From TPA_inf: Saccharomyces (lineage: Eukaryota), in contig BK006941.2 of the NCBI GenBank assembly GCA_000146045.2, positions 320,001-384,000 on the forward strand: 64,000 nucleotides of DNA, written 5' to 3'. The notes under the pieces are model-generated. The model was given only the letters and a program-made list of their open reading frames with translations, did not search any database and was not told the DNA's origin. Of the stretch, positions 1-11,117 are shown in pieces. Position 1 is the stretch's first letter. Each line of letters begins with the position of its first letter. The translations under genes and the position numbers were made by a program.

Positions 1-1781
1 CCTCTAATAAGAGAGTACGTCTTGCTTGATGTGAACCCAAATGCCCACAAAACAGTACGATTTGCAGTTATGTAAATTTGTGGTTTGTCTCCTGGCAAAA
101 AGAATGCATTCGTACTGCACATAATTGAAATAAGGATGTAGTTCAACTTCTATGAATGCTCGGCGATACGATATGTAGAGGGGACAAAAATATGTAGGTA
201 TCCTATGGTAAATAAATCGGTCTGTTTTAAAACCTGTTTTAGTGCAGCTTCTTTCCACGAAAGAAATAGTGTAAGTTAGAGGTACTTCTCTTTTACCTAA
301 AGGAGGTGTAGTTATGATAAAAAGCGAAGCTAACTAAGACAGCTAAGCTCTTTATGTTGATAGTTAAAAGTTAACAGGTTGTATTAATGAAGAATGAATA
401 TGGATCTTTTTGTACTTATATAACAGAGGTATAAACCACATGCCGATTGTTTCATTATTATATATGGCTAATATAATGGTGATTCCGGCAGCTTCATACA
501 TTTAATGTGACGACTCATATTGCTCTTATATGTGACTTTCAGATCTCATTCAATTAATAGACTCTTAACTCAAATTCAGTACTTTCTGACATGCTCATTT
601 ACATTTCCTTTTGTAATAGTGCTTCCATACTTCATCGTATAGGATTTAAACATTTAGATCGTTACCATAGTAACTCATGTTACTATTAAATACCGCTCGT
701 TTCAACACATTATATAATACTTTGGCATTGATACGCCACATAATATTCTAATTTCTCTTCAACACATAAGACAAACAGGGCAAATCAAGCAACAGGAAGG
801 TATTTGCTTCTTAATGGCAAAACAGGTTCAGTTCCACTAAATAAAAAGGGGAAATTTACGTGTCATTTATTATGGGTTCAGAAATTATGTGTTAAGTAAA
901 ACACCTATAGCACTGGGGCAAATTCCGGCATCAATTTCAACGCCACCAAAATTGTGTGCGATAATAATTGTGACCCCATCATGGAAATGAGCCTTCAGCC
1001 AGAGACGGAAAAACTCTTGAAAGGAATACTGATGGATTTATAGGTTCGGAAAATAATAATAATAAAAAGCCGTGTTGGACATTATCCCTCCCGTTGCTCG
1101 CGGTAAATTCTTAAGGCCATATTTCAGGTAGGAACCATCGTCAACAATTGCTACAACGTTTTGTAGTCCCCAAGATTGAAATACAATAGCAGTTGAAAGA
1201 GAACTACCTAAGATAATTCAATGAGGCAATTACTGATTATTCCTGACAGAGTGTAAAATATTTGCAAGTAAGAGAATCGGAACAGAAAATTTAGATATTA
1301 TGAGAGTCTTCCCTCGGCAGTAACGATATAAAGCCAATCTGTATTCCAGTGTCCTGCCATTCTGGTTCTTTAAAAACTCACTTCCAAGATAGTATAATCC
1401 GAGACTCTAAAGAAAAGGACACTTGCTTTTAATGGACAGAGGAACACCGCATACTCTAAAGTAGAGAGCACCGATATCAAGAGTTACATATATATATATA
1501 TATATATTGTTTGCTTCCGACAGAGATAGCTATCTAGCAATTCCCTTCTTTTTCAATCGTTGGGCGGCTAAAAGTAGCAGGGTTTCGCGAGGACCTCTCG
1601 AAGGACAAACAATATTCATTACCCGCACAAATAAAATTTCAAAAAAACAAAAAAGCACGGGAGAGGCAAGGCAGGATGAATAAAATCACCGATCTCGAGA
1701 ATATTAAAAGTCATCAAGACATCCTCTTTAAGTCAAATCCTGGATCCAGAAACTTAAAAAGTTGTCATATAAAAGTTTAAA

Positions 1782-3230
1782 ATGGTCAAAAGAACAGTCG
1801 CCACCAATGGAGACGCGTCTGGCGCTCATAGAGCAAAGAAAATGTCTAAAACTCATGCTTCTCATATCATAAACGCTCAAGAAGACTACAAGCATATGTA
1901 CTTAAGTGTCCAACCATTGGATATATTTTGCTGGGGTACTGGTTCTATGTGTGAGCTTGGGTTGGGTCCACTAGCCAAAAATAAGGAAGTTAAAAGACCA
2001 AGGTTAAACCCATTTTTACCTCGCGATGAGGCCAAGATCATTTCTTTTGCAGTCGGTGGTATGCACACCTTAGCCCTTGATGAAGAAAGCAATGTATGGT
2101 CCTGGGGTTGCAATGACGTGGGTGCGTTGGGCAGAGATACTTCCAACGCCAAGGAACAACTCAAGGACATGGACGCCGATGACTCAAGTGATGACGAAGA
2201 TGGTGATTTGAACGAATTGGAATCTACGCCCGCTAAAATCCCAAGAGAGTCATTTCCTCCCTTAGCGGAGGGACACAAGGTCGTGCAATTGGCAGCTACA
2301 GACAATATGAGTTGCGCCCTGTTCAGCAATGGCGAGGTATACGCATGGGGTACTTTCCGTTGCAATGAAGGTATCCTAGGGTTTTACCAAGATAAAATTA
2401 AAATTCAAAAAACTCCATGGAAAGTGCCTACATTCTCTAAGTACAATATTGTCCAATTAGCTCCCGGTAAGGATCACATACTTTTCTTAGATGAAGAGGG
2501 TATGGTGTTCGCCTGGGGTAACGGTCAGCAAAACCAATTAGGAAGAAAAGTTATGGAAAGGTTCCGTTTAAAGACTTTGGATCCCAGACCATTTGGGTTA
2601 AGACATGTAAAATACATCGCATCTGGCGAAAACCATTGCTTTGCTTTAACAAAAGACAACAAGTTAGTAAGCTGGGGGTTGAATCAGTTTGGTCAATGTG
2701 GTGTTTCAGAGGATGTGGAAGACGGTGCGCTTGTTACAAAGCCAAAAAGACTAGCGCTACCTGATAACGTTGTTATCAGAAGCATTGCTGCTGGTGAACA
2801 TCACTCATTGATCCTATCCCAAGATGGCGATTTGTATTCGTGTGGTAGACTAGACATGTTTGAAGTTGGTATCCCAAAAGACAATTTACCCGAATATACT
2901 TACAAAGATGTTCATGGAAAAGCACGTGCCGTGCCACTTCCAACTAAGTTGAATAATGTTCCGAAGTTCAAAAGCGTTGCGGCGGGGTCTCACCATTCAG
3001 TCGCGGTAGCTCAAAATGGCATTGCCTATTCTTGGGGTTTTGGTGAAACCTACGCCGTTGGATTAGGCCCTTTTGAGGACGACACTGAAGTTCCAACCAG
3101 AATCAAGAATACTGCTACACAGGATCATAACATCATTTTAGTCGGGTGTGGAGGCCAATTTTCCGTGTCTGGTGGTGTTAAGCTGTCTGATGAGGACGCA
3201 GAAAAGAGAGCGGATGAAATGGATGATTAA
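1782..3230 (+). CDS. SRM1: Ran guanine-nucleotide exchange factor, RCC1 homolog (Srm1/Prp20), 482 aa
   Basis: Complete ATG ORF of 482 aa. N-terminus MVKRTVATNGDASGAHRAKK and the RCC1 beta-propeller repeats (WSWGCNDVGALGR, YAWGTFRCNEG, FAWGNGQQNQLGR) are the S. cerevisiae Srm1 sequence. The length matches exactly. Confidence 0.95.
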   Translation: MVKRTVATNGDASGAHRAKKMSKTHASHIINAQEDYKHMYLSVQPLDIFCWGTGSMCELGLGPLAKNKEVKRPRLNPFLPRDEAKIISFAVGGMHTLALDEESNVWSWGCNDVGALGRDTSNAKEQLKDMDADDSSDDEDGDLNELESTPAKIPRESFPPLAEGHKVVQLAATDNMSCALFSNGEVYAWGTFRCNEGILGFYQDKIKIQKTPWKVPTFSKYNIVQLAPGKDHILFLDEEGMVFAWGNGQQNQLGRKVMERFRLKTLDPRPFGLRHVKYIASGENHCFALTKDNKLVSWGLNQFGQCGVSEDVEDGALVTKPKRLALPDNVVIRSIAAGEHHSLILSQDGDLYSCGRLDMFEVGIPKDNLPEYTYKDVHGKARAVPLPTKLNNVPKFKSVAAGSHHSVAVAQNGIAYSWGFGETYAVGLGPFEDDTEVPTRIKNTATQDHNIILVGCGGQFSVSGGVKLSDEDAEKRADEMDD

Positions 3231-3361
3231 GGTAGTAGTACAAAGATAAATAAAAGAAAATCGACATAATGCACCTCAGTATAAATTGTAAAATATAACA
3301 TAAATCAAAGAAAAACGAGAAAACGATATGATTATCCGATACCGACAAATTCTCATGTTTA

Positions 3362-3393
<32 letters not shown>

Positions 3394-5330
3394 TTCTTGG
3401 GCCTTTACATTGAGTACAGGGGCATAAGTGCGAGGAGTTACCAGACGACAACTAGCAGGCGGATGAAATCAACACTGAGTAAGTATTATGTAATCCATCC
3501 GCTCGTCCAGCCCTTCAGGTTCTTCCTCTTCTGCACGTTTCTCTAGTAATGAACTTTCTAAGGAATTTAATCGGATTTTTTGAGAAAAACGGAGAAAAAT
3601 TAAAAATGTGCCAAGACACCAGCAACAGGCAAAGCAAAGGATAAACTTCCGGTGAACATGTTAGCACGGAAAAATTCATTGCTCTCTCTAACCGCGACAA
3701 ATTACCTATCGTATTTTAACTTTCTTCAACAGCATTATGGAAAATGCATACCGGAGATTGCTCATACAGACCATAAAAACAACAGAAAGTCTTGTGAGGA
3801 AGATAAGCAAGCACGGTAGGTAAACCAGATATGCACATAAATTACCGCTGACTCTCCCCTAAAAGAACTATATTGATGGTCTGACATATAAGGCACCGCT
3901 GAAAAGCATGTACAATTTTAATGTCTTTGCATTTGCATAGTCAGTGTGGCGTGCATTCTCCACAGAATCTAACTAATCAAATGTATCGTGACTGGGTGTT
4001 GCATCATTTTCGCGAATAAAAAATAGAACACTGTAGAGTAGCGCAGCGCTTTTTTTTTATTGAGGCCCTTTGCAGAACCAAGGCTGCAGTCTTTTCTCTG
4101 AAGATTAGCTTTGCTAATATAAACAAATCCGTTAAGTTCTTGGGAATTTCTTTGAAGGGGGGGAGGCGGAAATGTAGTGAGTTGTTTTTACTGTGATTTG
4201 CTTTTTCTTTCGCTCATGGCTTATTTTCCTTTCCTTTTCTTCCCACATTCAATAATGCAGCGTAAATATAGAACAAGATTACTTGTTTATACGAGATATA
4301 CGGGCAGTGAATAAAGTGGTACTAGAACTAATTATCAAAAAGAGTAACTGTCATTCAACATTTCTGGCTCTAGACCCAATAGGACATAAACTTTTAGATT
4401 TTTGAAAAATGGCTTGGCGCAGCACGGTAATACTAGTTGGTTTTTTAAGCCTACTTTCGCCAATAAAAAAAACTACGAAACAGTTCTTACTTACCAATAT
4501 CCCCTGCCACTACACTGTACTTTAGTGAACCCAACATCACGAATAAGAAACAATAAACAATAAACAATAAACAAGTGTTGCTTTAGCTCAACTTGCCCCT
4601 GAGAAATAACAGCGCAACTATCAACAATGAATGCATAGCATGGAGTAGAGTAAAAAAGCTTTGTTTTGGCCCCGCCTAGACAAGAGGCAGCTGCGCGAAA
4701 TAAGAAATTATAAACTCTTGTTTTTCTATACTGCTCTCGCTCAACCTTTTTTTCCCACGCCTATTATCGGTTCAAGGGACAGCAGATCCGCTCTGCGCAC
4801 TGGAGCAGAAACATTCCCAGTTCGGTTCCGACTAAAACCCGCCTTCCCACGCGAAATTCTGGGCCGTTCAAGGCAACTTATTAGTAAGAAGAGCAAGGGG
4901 AAGGTACATTAAAGCAAGAGAACCGTGCATGAATTTATAGACATTTTTCATGGGAGGTAGGGAATTTTCAGACTTTAAGTTACACCCCATAGGGGCAAAC
5001 ATACAGCAGTGGTTGTTATCTTTCATTCGCGCCAGGAAAAGCCGCTACCCACACTAAGTGACGTGTAATTGCCGTTCCCTTGTTTTGAAGCACACTGAAA
5101 GCTGAAGTGATCATAAGAAAAGAAAAAAATAAATGCTGAGAAGGGTTTGCAAAAAAAGAAAGGTTCCTAGTATATATATGGAAGGCTTCGTTAGCTTAAA
5201 CTTTCTACAGTCATGCATACAGCAATTTTTTTAGAGCATTACTTCTTGAGTGGCAAAAGCATTTCTTTTTTTTTTCAGTATAGGAAGTAATCACTGTAGA
5301 AATAAGTCAACAATAATTGCATAGAAAAAA

Positions 5331-6161
5331 ATGGGTACTAGCATAGTAAATCTAAACCAAAAGATTGAACTGCCCCCAATCCAGGTCTTATTCGAGTCAC
5401 TTAACCGAGAAAATGAAACAAAACCCCACTTCGAGGAACGCAGGTTATATCAACCTAATCCTTCATTTGTTCCTAGAACAAATATAGCAGTTGGTAGCCC
5501 AGTTAACCCGGTTCCAGTATCATCCCCTGTTTTTTTCATTGGTCCTTCTCCACAGAGAAGCATTCAGAATCACAACGCTATTATGACTCAAAACATACGT
5601 CAGTATCCAGTTATATATAATAATAACCGAGAAGTTATATCTACGGGTGAGAGAAATTACATAATAACTGTAGGGGGGCCTCCGGTAACTTCTTCGCAGC
5701 CCGAGTATGAGCATATCTCAACTCCCAATTTCTATCAAGAGCAGAGACTGGCACAACCTCATCCGGTAAATGAGAGTATGATGATAGGTGGTTATACAAA
5801 TCCTCAGCCTATTAGCATTTCCCGAGGTAAAATGCTATCCGGCAACATAAGTACGAACTCGGTCCGCGGATCTAATAATGGATATTCCGCAAAAGAAAAA
5901 AAACATAAGGCACATGGTAAGAGGTCCAATTTACCAAAGGCCACCGTTTCAATTCTAAACAAATGGTTACATGAGCACGTAAACAACCCTTACCCAACCG
6001 TGCAGGAAAAAAGAGAACTGCTCGCGAAAACTGGTCTAACTAAACTTCAAATTTCCAATTGGTTCATTAATGCTAGGAGAAGAAAAATATTTTCTGGCCA
6101 GAATGACGCAAATAATTTCAGAAGAAAATTCAGTTCTTCTACAAATTTAGCTAAGTTCTGA
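5331..6161 (+). CDS. TOS8: TALE-class homeodomain transcription factor, 276 aa
   Basis: 276-aa ORF with a C-terminal TALE homeodomain (NPYPTVQEKRELLAKTGLTKLQISNWFINARRRK). Position and length match YGL096W. Confidence 0.9.
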   Translation: MGTSIVNLNQKIELPPIQVLFESLNRENETKPHFEERRLYQPNPSFVPRTNIAVGSPVNPVPVSSPVFFIGPSPQRSIQNHNAIMTQNIRQYPVIYNNNREVISTGERNYIITVGGPPVTSSQPEYEHISTPNFYQEQRLAQPHPVNESMMIGGYTNPQPISISRGKMLSGNISTNSVRGSNNGYSAKEKKHKAHGKRSNLPKATVSILNKWLHEHVNNPYPTVQEKRELLAKTGLTKLQISNWFINARRRKIFSGQNDANNFRRKFSSSTNLAKF

Positions 6162-7900
6162 TTTTACTTTTTTCGGAATTACCTAAAATGGGTTTACGGC
6201 ATAGAAGATAGATAGATTAAGAGGTAGGTTGACTTTTCCTTTGAAATTTGTAATTTTAATAAAAATTCCAAAAAAAAAAAAAAAAAATTCAAAGTAAAAA
6301 GACAAACTTTGGTGAGAATCTTCGATTAACAAAATTACTCCTTAATATTCTTAAATTGGAAAATGATCATGGTTATCAGTGTATTTTCTTTTACCGTGTA
6401 TATCAAGTTTTATACCCCGTATAGCTTCAATATACGCACTTTTCTCAGATCTTTTTCTGCCGTCATTCCTTTCTTCCTTTTCTTTCAACTAGAAAAAGAA
6501 ACGAAATCAGACCATATATCTAGTCGCCAAGCATTTTTCCCTTCTTGGATAGGAGGAGCAAAAGAAATACTAACAGTTATTAAAATGCACCATGCCCTCT
6601 GTACATCATAAACCCACTTACAGGCTTTTTTTTCATTCTCGATCAGAAGAGAAAAAAAGAAAAATATAACTCGGCAGGCTGTACAACCTTATTGTTCTGC
6701 GTAGTTTACCTGGTACATAAACTTCAATCAGGTGATTTTTTTTTTGATGCAACAGATTATTTTGTAGGTGTATTTGTTCATTATGTTTGTATCTCTGTAG
6801 GCTCATGGATAATAGAAATTCTTCTCCTGGTACGTATTGGAGTATACCATAGGAATCAAATGCTGCCCGTCCCAGGATACTTTTTTGGAGATATGACAGT
6901 CTGAAAGGTGCAGAATAAGGCAAGTTTCTGGCAAACAAAAAGTGATAACAGTCTAAGTGTCTTGAAAATTGTTGTTACTCTTGCCATTGCGTCAGAAGAA
7001 AGGTGAGTTTTACTTCTATCCTATAGCGCAAGAAGGTACTCAATAGATTACAGTTCTTGTTGCAAGTTGGAGTATCCCATTAATTCAGGCCATTCGCCAC
7101 GTTTTAAAACGAAGTTATTAAAAAGAATATAATTTTGGAATTCGAAACTTAATAAATACATGATGCTAGGTACACAGAAGACATCATTATTTATCCCCCT
7201 GAATTATGAGTCCACACAAGAGAATCAACAACTCTACATAATACCATAATTATTTTGCCTTTCACTCTTCAGAAAGTCGTTCTTTGATTCTGTTGTATCA
7301 TCTGTCCTTTTGTTTGGGCGTCCACTGAATTTAATGGCAGCTTAGCTTTAACTTCATCGAATGGTTTAATACTTCACATCATCTTCTGAAAATCGCATTA
7401 ATGGATTATACTGTTATTTAATTAGCAGCTGAAATTTTTGCTTCAAAAAGAGTAACAGTTGCAAGCAATTCTCTCAAAAGCTAAGAAGCCTTTGAGCCTT
7501 GGAAAGCAATGTTCATCTAAAAACACAAGAAAACCCTCAAAAAGAGTTATTGTGTGCAATAACACTAAATGGACCACAGATACATTTTTGAAAATGATAC
7601 AATCCGTTTTTGCTTATAAGTACACTGAAATAAAACCTACCTGAGCTGGCGGCGCTACAAACACTCAATGTTTCTAACATATGGAACAAAGAGAAGACAG
7701 CAAATTACCTTGCTATAACTGTCAAGACGTTTTGGTAATACATGCTACTTGAAAACCCTCAAGAGTCGCTACAAACTTGCCTTTCCTTAATAAATAAAGG
7801 CAAGCGTTATCTTCGTTTTCAATGAAGCGTCATATACATGATACTATTGGAATAAGAATTAGCTATCATCTATCGAATAGTGTTCATACCATTGACATAT

Positions 7901-8224
7901 TGTTGTCGGAATGGAACTCTAAAATATCATCTGTTTATCGGCATTCGTGTTAGTAGTATATTATCACATGCGGTGTAAGAAGATGACATAAAAATTGAGA
8001 AACAGTCATCAAATATAATGGAAGCTGAAATGCAAGGATTGGTAATGTAATAGGATAATGAAACATAATGAACGGAAGGAGAAATAATCGTAATATTATT
8101 ATGTAGAAATACCGATTCCATTTTGAGGATTTCCATATCCTCGAGAAGAACTTGTAGTAACATAATATTATAGTCTTTATCAACAACGCAATCTCAACAA
8201 TTATCAAGATTCACCTAACATTCA
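7901..8224 (+). mobile_element. Ty1/Ty2-type delta solo LTR, degenerate, about 324 bp
   Basis: Starts TGTTG.. and carries the conserved delta core atgtagaaataccgattccattttgaggatttccatatcctcgagaagaacttgtagta. It lies in the usual Ty integration window a few hundred bp upstream of a tRNA gene. The boundaries are approximate. Confidence 0.7.
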
Positions 8225-8280
8225 AATATTATATATGATGTAAAAATATGATATAAGGATTGCGAAATATATTTCAGATT

Positions 8281-8490
8281 TAATGAAGGTGATATGCAAG
8301 TATTGATCATTTAGAAGAATAACTAGGGAATGAAAAAAGAGCTAATACTATTATTATATAAAAATACCGATTCCCCTTTTGCGGATTACTCTATCCATGA
8401 GGAGAATACCCTAGTATATTCTGCATGATTTTATAAACCAACTATTACAGTCTTTATAAAAATGAAGTTCCAAAAACTTCTCATATTGGC
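8281..8490 (+). mobile_element. Second delta-LTR fragment, 5'-truncated
   Basis: Shares the delta core aaaataccgattcccctttt..gaggagaataccctagtatattctgcatgatt with the first element and with Ty1/Ty2 delta consensus. It lacks the TGTTGG 5' end. The boundaries are approximate. Confidence 0.55.
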
Positions 8491-8582
8491 CTAATTTCTC
8501 GCGAATATGATTGGTTATACGGTGTAAAAGTTTTTCCATATAGTAATTTACCTTTGTAATGGAATTTTTCCAACAATTATTG

Positions 8583-8654
8583 TCCGATATAGTGTAACGG
8601 CTATCACATCACGCTTTCACCGTGGAGACCGGGGTTCGACTCCCCGTATCGGAG
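8583..8654 (+). tRNA. tE(UUC): tRNA-Glu, anticodon UUC, 72 nt, no intron
   Basis: The sequence tccgatatagtgtaacggctatcacatcacgctttcaccgtggagaccggggttcgactccccgtatcggag folds as a cloverleaf. It has the anticodon loop c-t-TTC-a-c and the T-loop GGTTCGACTCC, and is identical to yeast tRNA-Glu(UUC). Confidence 0.95.
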
Positions 8655-8660
8655 TTTTTT
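8655..8660 (+). terminator. RNA polymerase III terminator, T6 run
   Basis: TTTTTT begins immediately after the tRNA 3' end. Confidence 0.6.
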
Positions 8661-8873
8661 GTCGTAAGTTGAGAAAGTTTTTTCCAGTTAAGTTATTATG
8701 ACGCATGCACATAGAAGGATCACCGAACAAAGTTGCAATTATTAGGCACCGAATGAAGAAAATGAGAACCTAATTTCGCTTGGCAATAGTAAAATGTTTT
8801 ATCTGCATCGAAAAAGTTATATAGATTTATGCCTCATATATAAAATAGAATTTTAGAATAAGATAATCCTTAT

Positions 8874-10607
8874 TTATTTTGCAGATCTAATAGAATCCAT
8901 ATATTCTTTAGTTGAAAGTATAGAGGTGCCTCCTAAAACCACCCTCATTCTGTTATTCATCGTTCCATTGAAATCATGGACTAGCCTTGCCTCCTCATAA
9001 GTTACACCGCCAATAACAAACAATATTACATCCTGAGGAATATCTTTGCTCTGCTGGTTTCCGATCACTCTATGGCCTTGAGTATCTATTTCTTTGAAAC
9101 GATCCCTGAATAACGCATTTTTAGAGAGATCTGTTAGTAATGACGAAATTTCCGGAATATGTTGCATATAGACGTTTTCAGCGGTGTTGCTCTTAGAATT
9201 CATTCTACTATTAAATCTTCTTGCTAGTTCGGTTAATATATCGTCCTTGTCATGGTTACTTTGAGTCATTTTATCCTGGCGGCTAAAAAGCGATTTAAAT
9301 TTATGGAAAAAGTTGACGTCCTCTGGAGGAAGTTGTTGAGACAGAATCTCAACTAGTTGACGGATTTTGTCTGAGCTGGTTTGATTGTTTAAAGAATAAA
9401 TACATGCAAGCTTTAACTTGTAATACTTATCAACTGCTTCATTTTGTAGCAATTTAATCAAATCGGAGAAATCTTCTTCATTGGCATCGTGTGCTGATAG
9501 ATTTTGTTCTATTTCACTAATTTCCCATATATTTTTTATCTTCAACTGTCTGTCTAATTCCCCCACTATAGCCATATGCTTTGCAACATTTCCAGATAAT
9601 TTTCTAAACTCTGGATACTTCTCAATAAAGTTTTTAATATCCTCAATGGAATTTATTTGGCTGTTGGTTTGTGTCTTGTCTTTGTATGTAGTCACATATT
9701 GTTTTACTTTATCACCCAATTCACCAAAATTCAAATACATGGTATCCCTGAAGAAAGCATCTTGCTTTGATGATAAGGTGACCTTCTCCAGGTCTTTATC
9801 AATTCTAGGCACTTTCGATAAATCAACTATATTCCGCTTAATGCCTATATACTCATTGATCATTGATTGGTAGGTCCAAGGTTGAAGTAAAGGTGTTATA
9901 GGATCAGTATTACGATCTAAAATTAGTAACACAGGTGTCGAATCCATCACAGGAAAATCAAAAAAAGTTCTTTCGTTTTTACCAATCTCATAGGAAACTT
10001 CTTTAGCCAATCTTTCACAAATTTTACTTGCTCCTTCATACCTGATATCTGGTTTTATCTTTAAGGATAAAAGCACAGAAACTAAGCTGTTGGTACATTT
10101 TGTTAGCCCCCCTTCGCTCCAAACCAATTTATTACTTAAAAATTCTCTTGGTTGCAAATCAAACGAAAATAAATCTTGGTTTAATATAAAAAAGTCTTGG
10201 AATATTTCTTCCACCTTAGTAACAGCTTCCAAGTCGTCAGATTCAGCTAGCCGTTCTAATTGAGATTTAGAGACAATATTACTAAAGAATATTTGATACT
10301 CGCCGTACCGAGGATTTCTTAACTCACGCAGCAGATGTTGCAGTGTTTCCTCTGTGGGTTTAACGTAAACTAAGCACCTTAAATGCCTGGACACTTCACG
10401 TTGCTCATTTTCTATTCTTTCTACCAGATATATTTCATGCTTCAACAACTCACTTTGAGTGGCACATAAGGATATCGTAGGTGTGGTATTCTTATCCAAC
10501 AGCAAAACCTTAATCCTTTGGTGTTCATTGACATTGGCTACGCTCAATTTCGATTGGGAAGTCACAATTTTGTTTATATAAAAGTCAGCCACATCAAAAA
10601 GGTTCAT
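8874..10607 (-). CDS. VPS45: Sec1/Munc18-family protein for vacuolar protein sorting, 577 aa
   Basis: 577-aa ORF beginning MNLFDVADFYINKIVTSQSK. The length and sequence match Vps45 (YGL095C). Confidence 0.92.
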   Translation of the reverse strand: MNLFDVADFYINKIVTSQSKLSVANVNEHQRIKVLLLDKNTTPTISLCATQSELLKHEIYLVERIENEQREVSRHLRCLVYVKPTEETLQHLLRELRNPRYGEYQIFFSNIVSKSQLERLAESDDLEAVTKVEEIFQDFFILNQDLFSFDLQPREFLSNKLVWSEGGLTKCTNSLVSVLLSLKIKPDIRYEGASKICERLAKEVSYEIGKNERTFFDFPVMDSTPVLLILDRNTDPITPLLQPWTYQSMINEYIGIKRNIVDLSKVPRIDKDLEKVTLSSKQDAFFRDTMYLNFGELGDKVKQYVTTYKDKTQTNSQINSIEDIKNFIEKYPEFRKLSGNVAKHMAIVGELDRQLKIKNIWEISEIEQNLSAHDANEEDFSDLIKLLQNEAVDKYYKLKLACIYSLNNQTSSDKIRQLVEILSQQLPPEDVNFFHKFKSLFSRQDKMTQSNHDKDDILTELARRFNSRMNSKSNTAENVYMQHIPEISSLLTDLSKNALFRDRFKEIDTQGHRVIGNQQSKDIPQDVILFVIGGVTYEEARLVHDFNGTMNNRMRVVLGGTSILSTKEYMDSIRSAK

Positions 10608-11117
10608 TTCTTTGTTCTATACAGTAAAAGATGGCCTTAACTCAAAACCAAGTCACTGTACCTCTTCACTCCTTAATGTTACTCTGGGTACATTGCATAT
10701 GAGCCAAGGCACTTCTATAAGTAAGTTCGAACGTTAACTAACTGTAATGACGTTACCCTTTCCTGAAATTGGCAGAAACAAAAATGAACATTTCTGGCAA
10801 CTTTTCGCCATACAGTCAGTACTCGTTACGGACGCCCGGGAAACAAGTAGGAAACATATGAGAGGCCAAACAAGGGTAAGACCTTCTTTTCTGGTAATAG
10901 ATATTACTTCATCGCACAAAGAAGTCTAATTCTGGCGTGTGATGACAAAAAGGTTTAACAAGACCTGTTTCAAAATGTTTGCATATGTTGATTACAGTAT
11001 ATATAATAGTACACAAACACCGGTAACATTTTATAATTTTTTTGAATTTTTTGTATACTTTTCCAACCAGTGGTGCGCTGGTGGCTCTTGAGATTACGTG
11101 AAAGGCACTGCACCATA

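Noticed and set aside
1-75. Open frame running off the left edge (PLIREYVLLDVNPNAHKTVRFAVM*), possibly the C-terminus of the upstream gene.
   Set aside because: It is too short to identify and lacks the hydrophobic tail expected for the neighbouring tail-anchored SNARE (USE1). It is most likely non-coding 3' flank.
1886-2365. 159-aa antisense ORF inside SRM1. Similar antisense or embedded ORFs occur within PAN2 (11576-11776), SPC105 (15932-16207, 16391-16747), NUP145 (18115-20049, several), MAD1 (28078-28733), HSF1 (49490-50545) and SGF73 (57827-58283).
   Set aside because: Each is wholly embedded in a long conserved gene on the opposite strand. Their composition is low-complexity (poly-Ser/Leu/Phe), mirroring the sense-strand repeats. 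None has independent promoter or terminator context.
4661-4912. 83-aa + strand ORF in the SRM1-TOS8 intergenic region, and 60-100-aa ORFs at 6363-6938, 7459-7644, 7927-8207 and 10734-10929.
   Set aside because: All are short and start at non-conserved positions. Some are inside LTR sequence (7927-8207). Their amino-acid composition is that of translated A/T-rich DNA. There is no evidence of coding potential from sequence alone.
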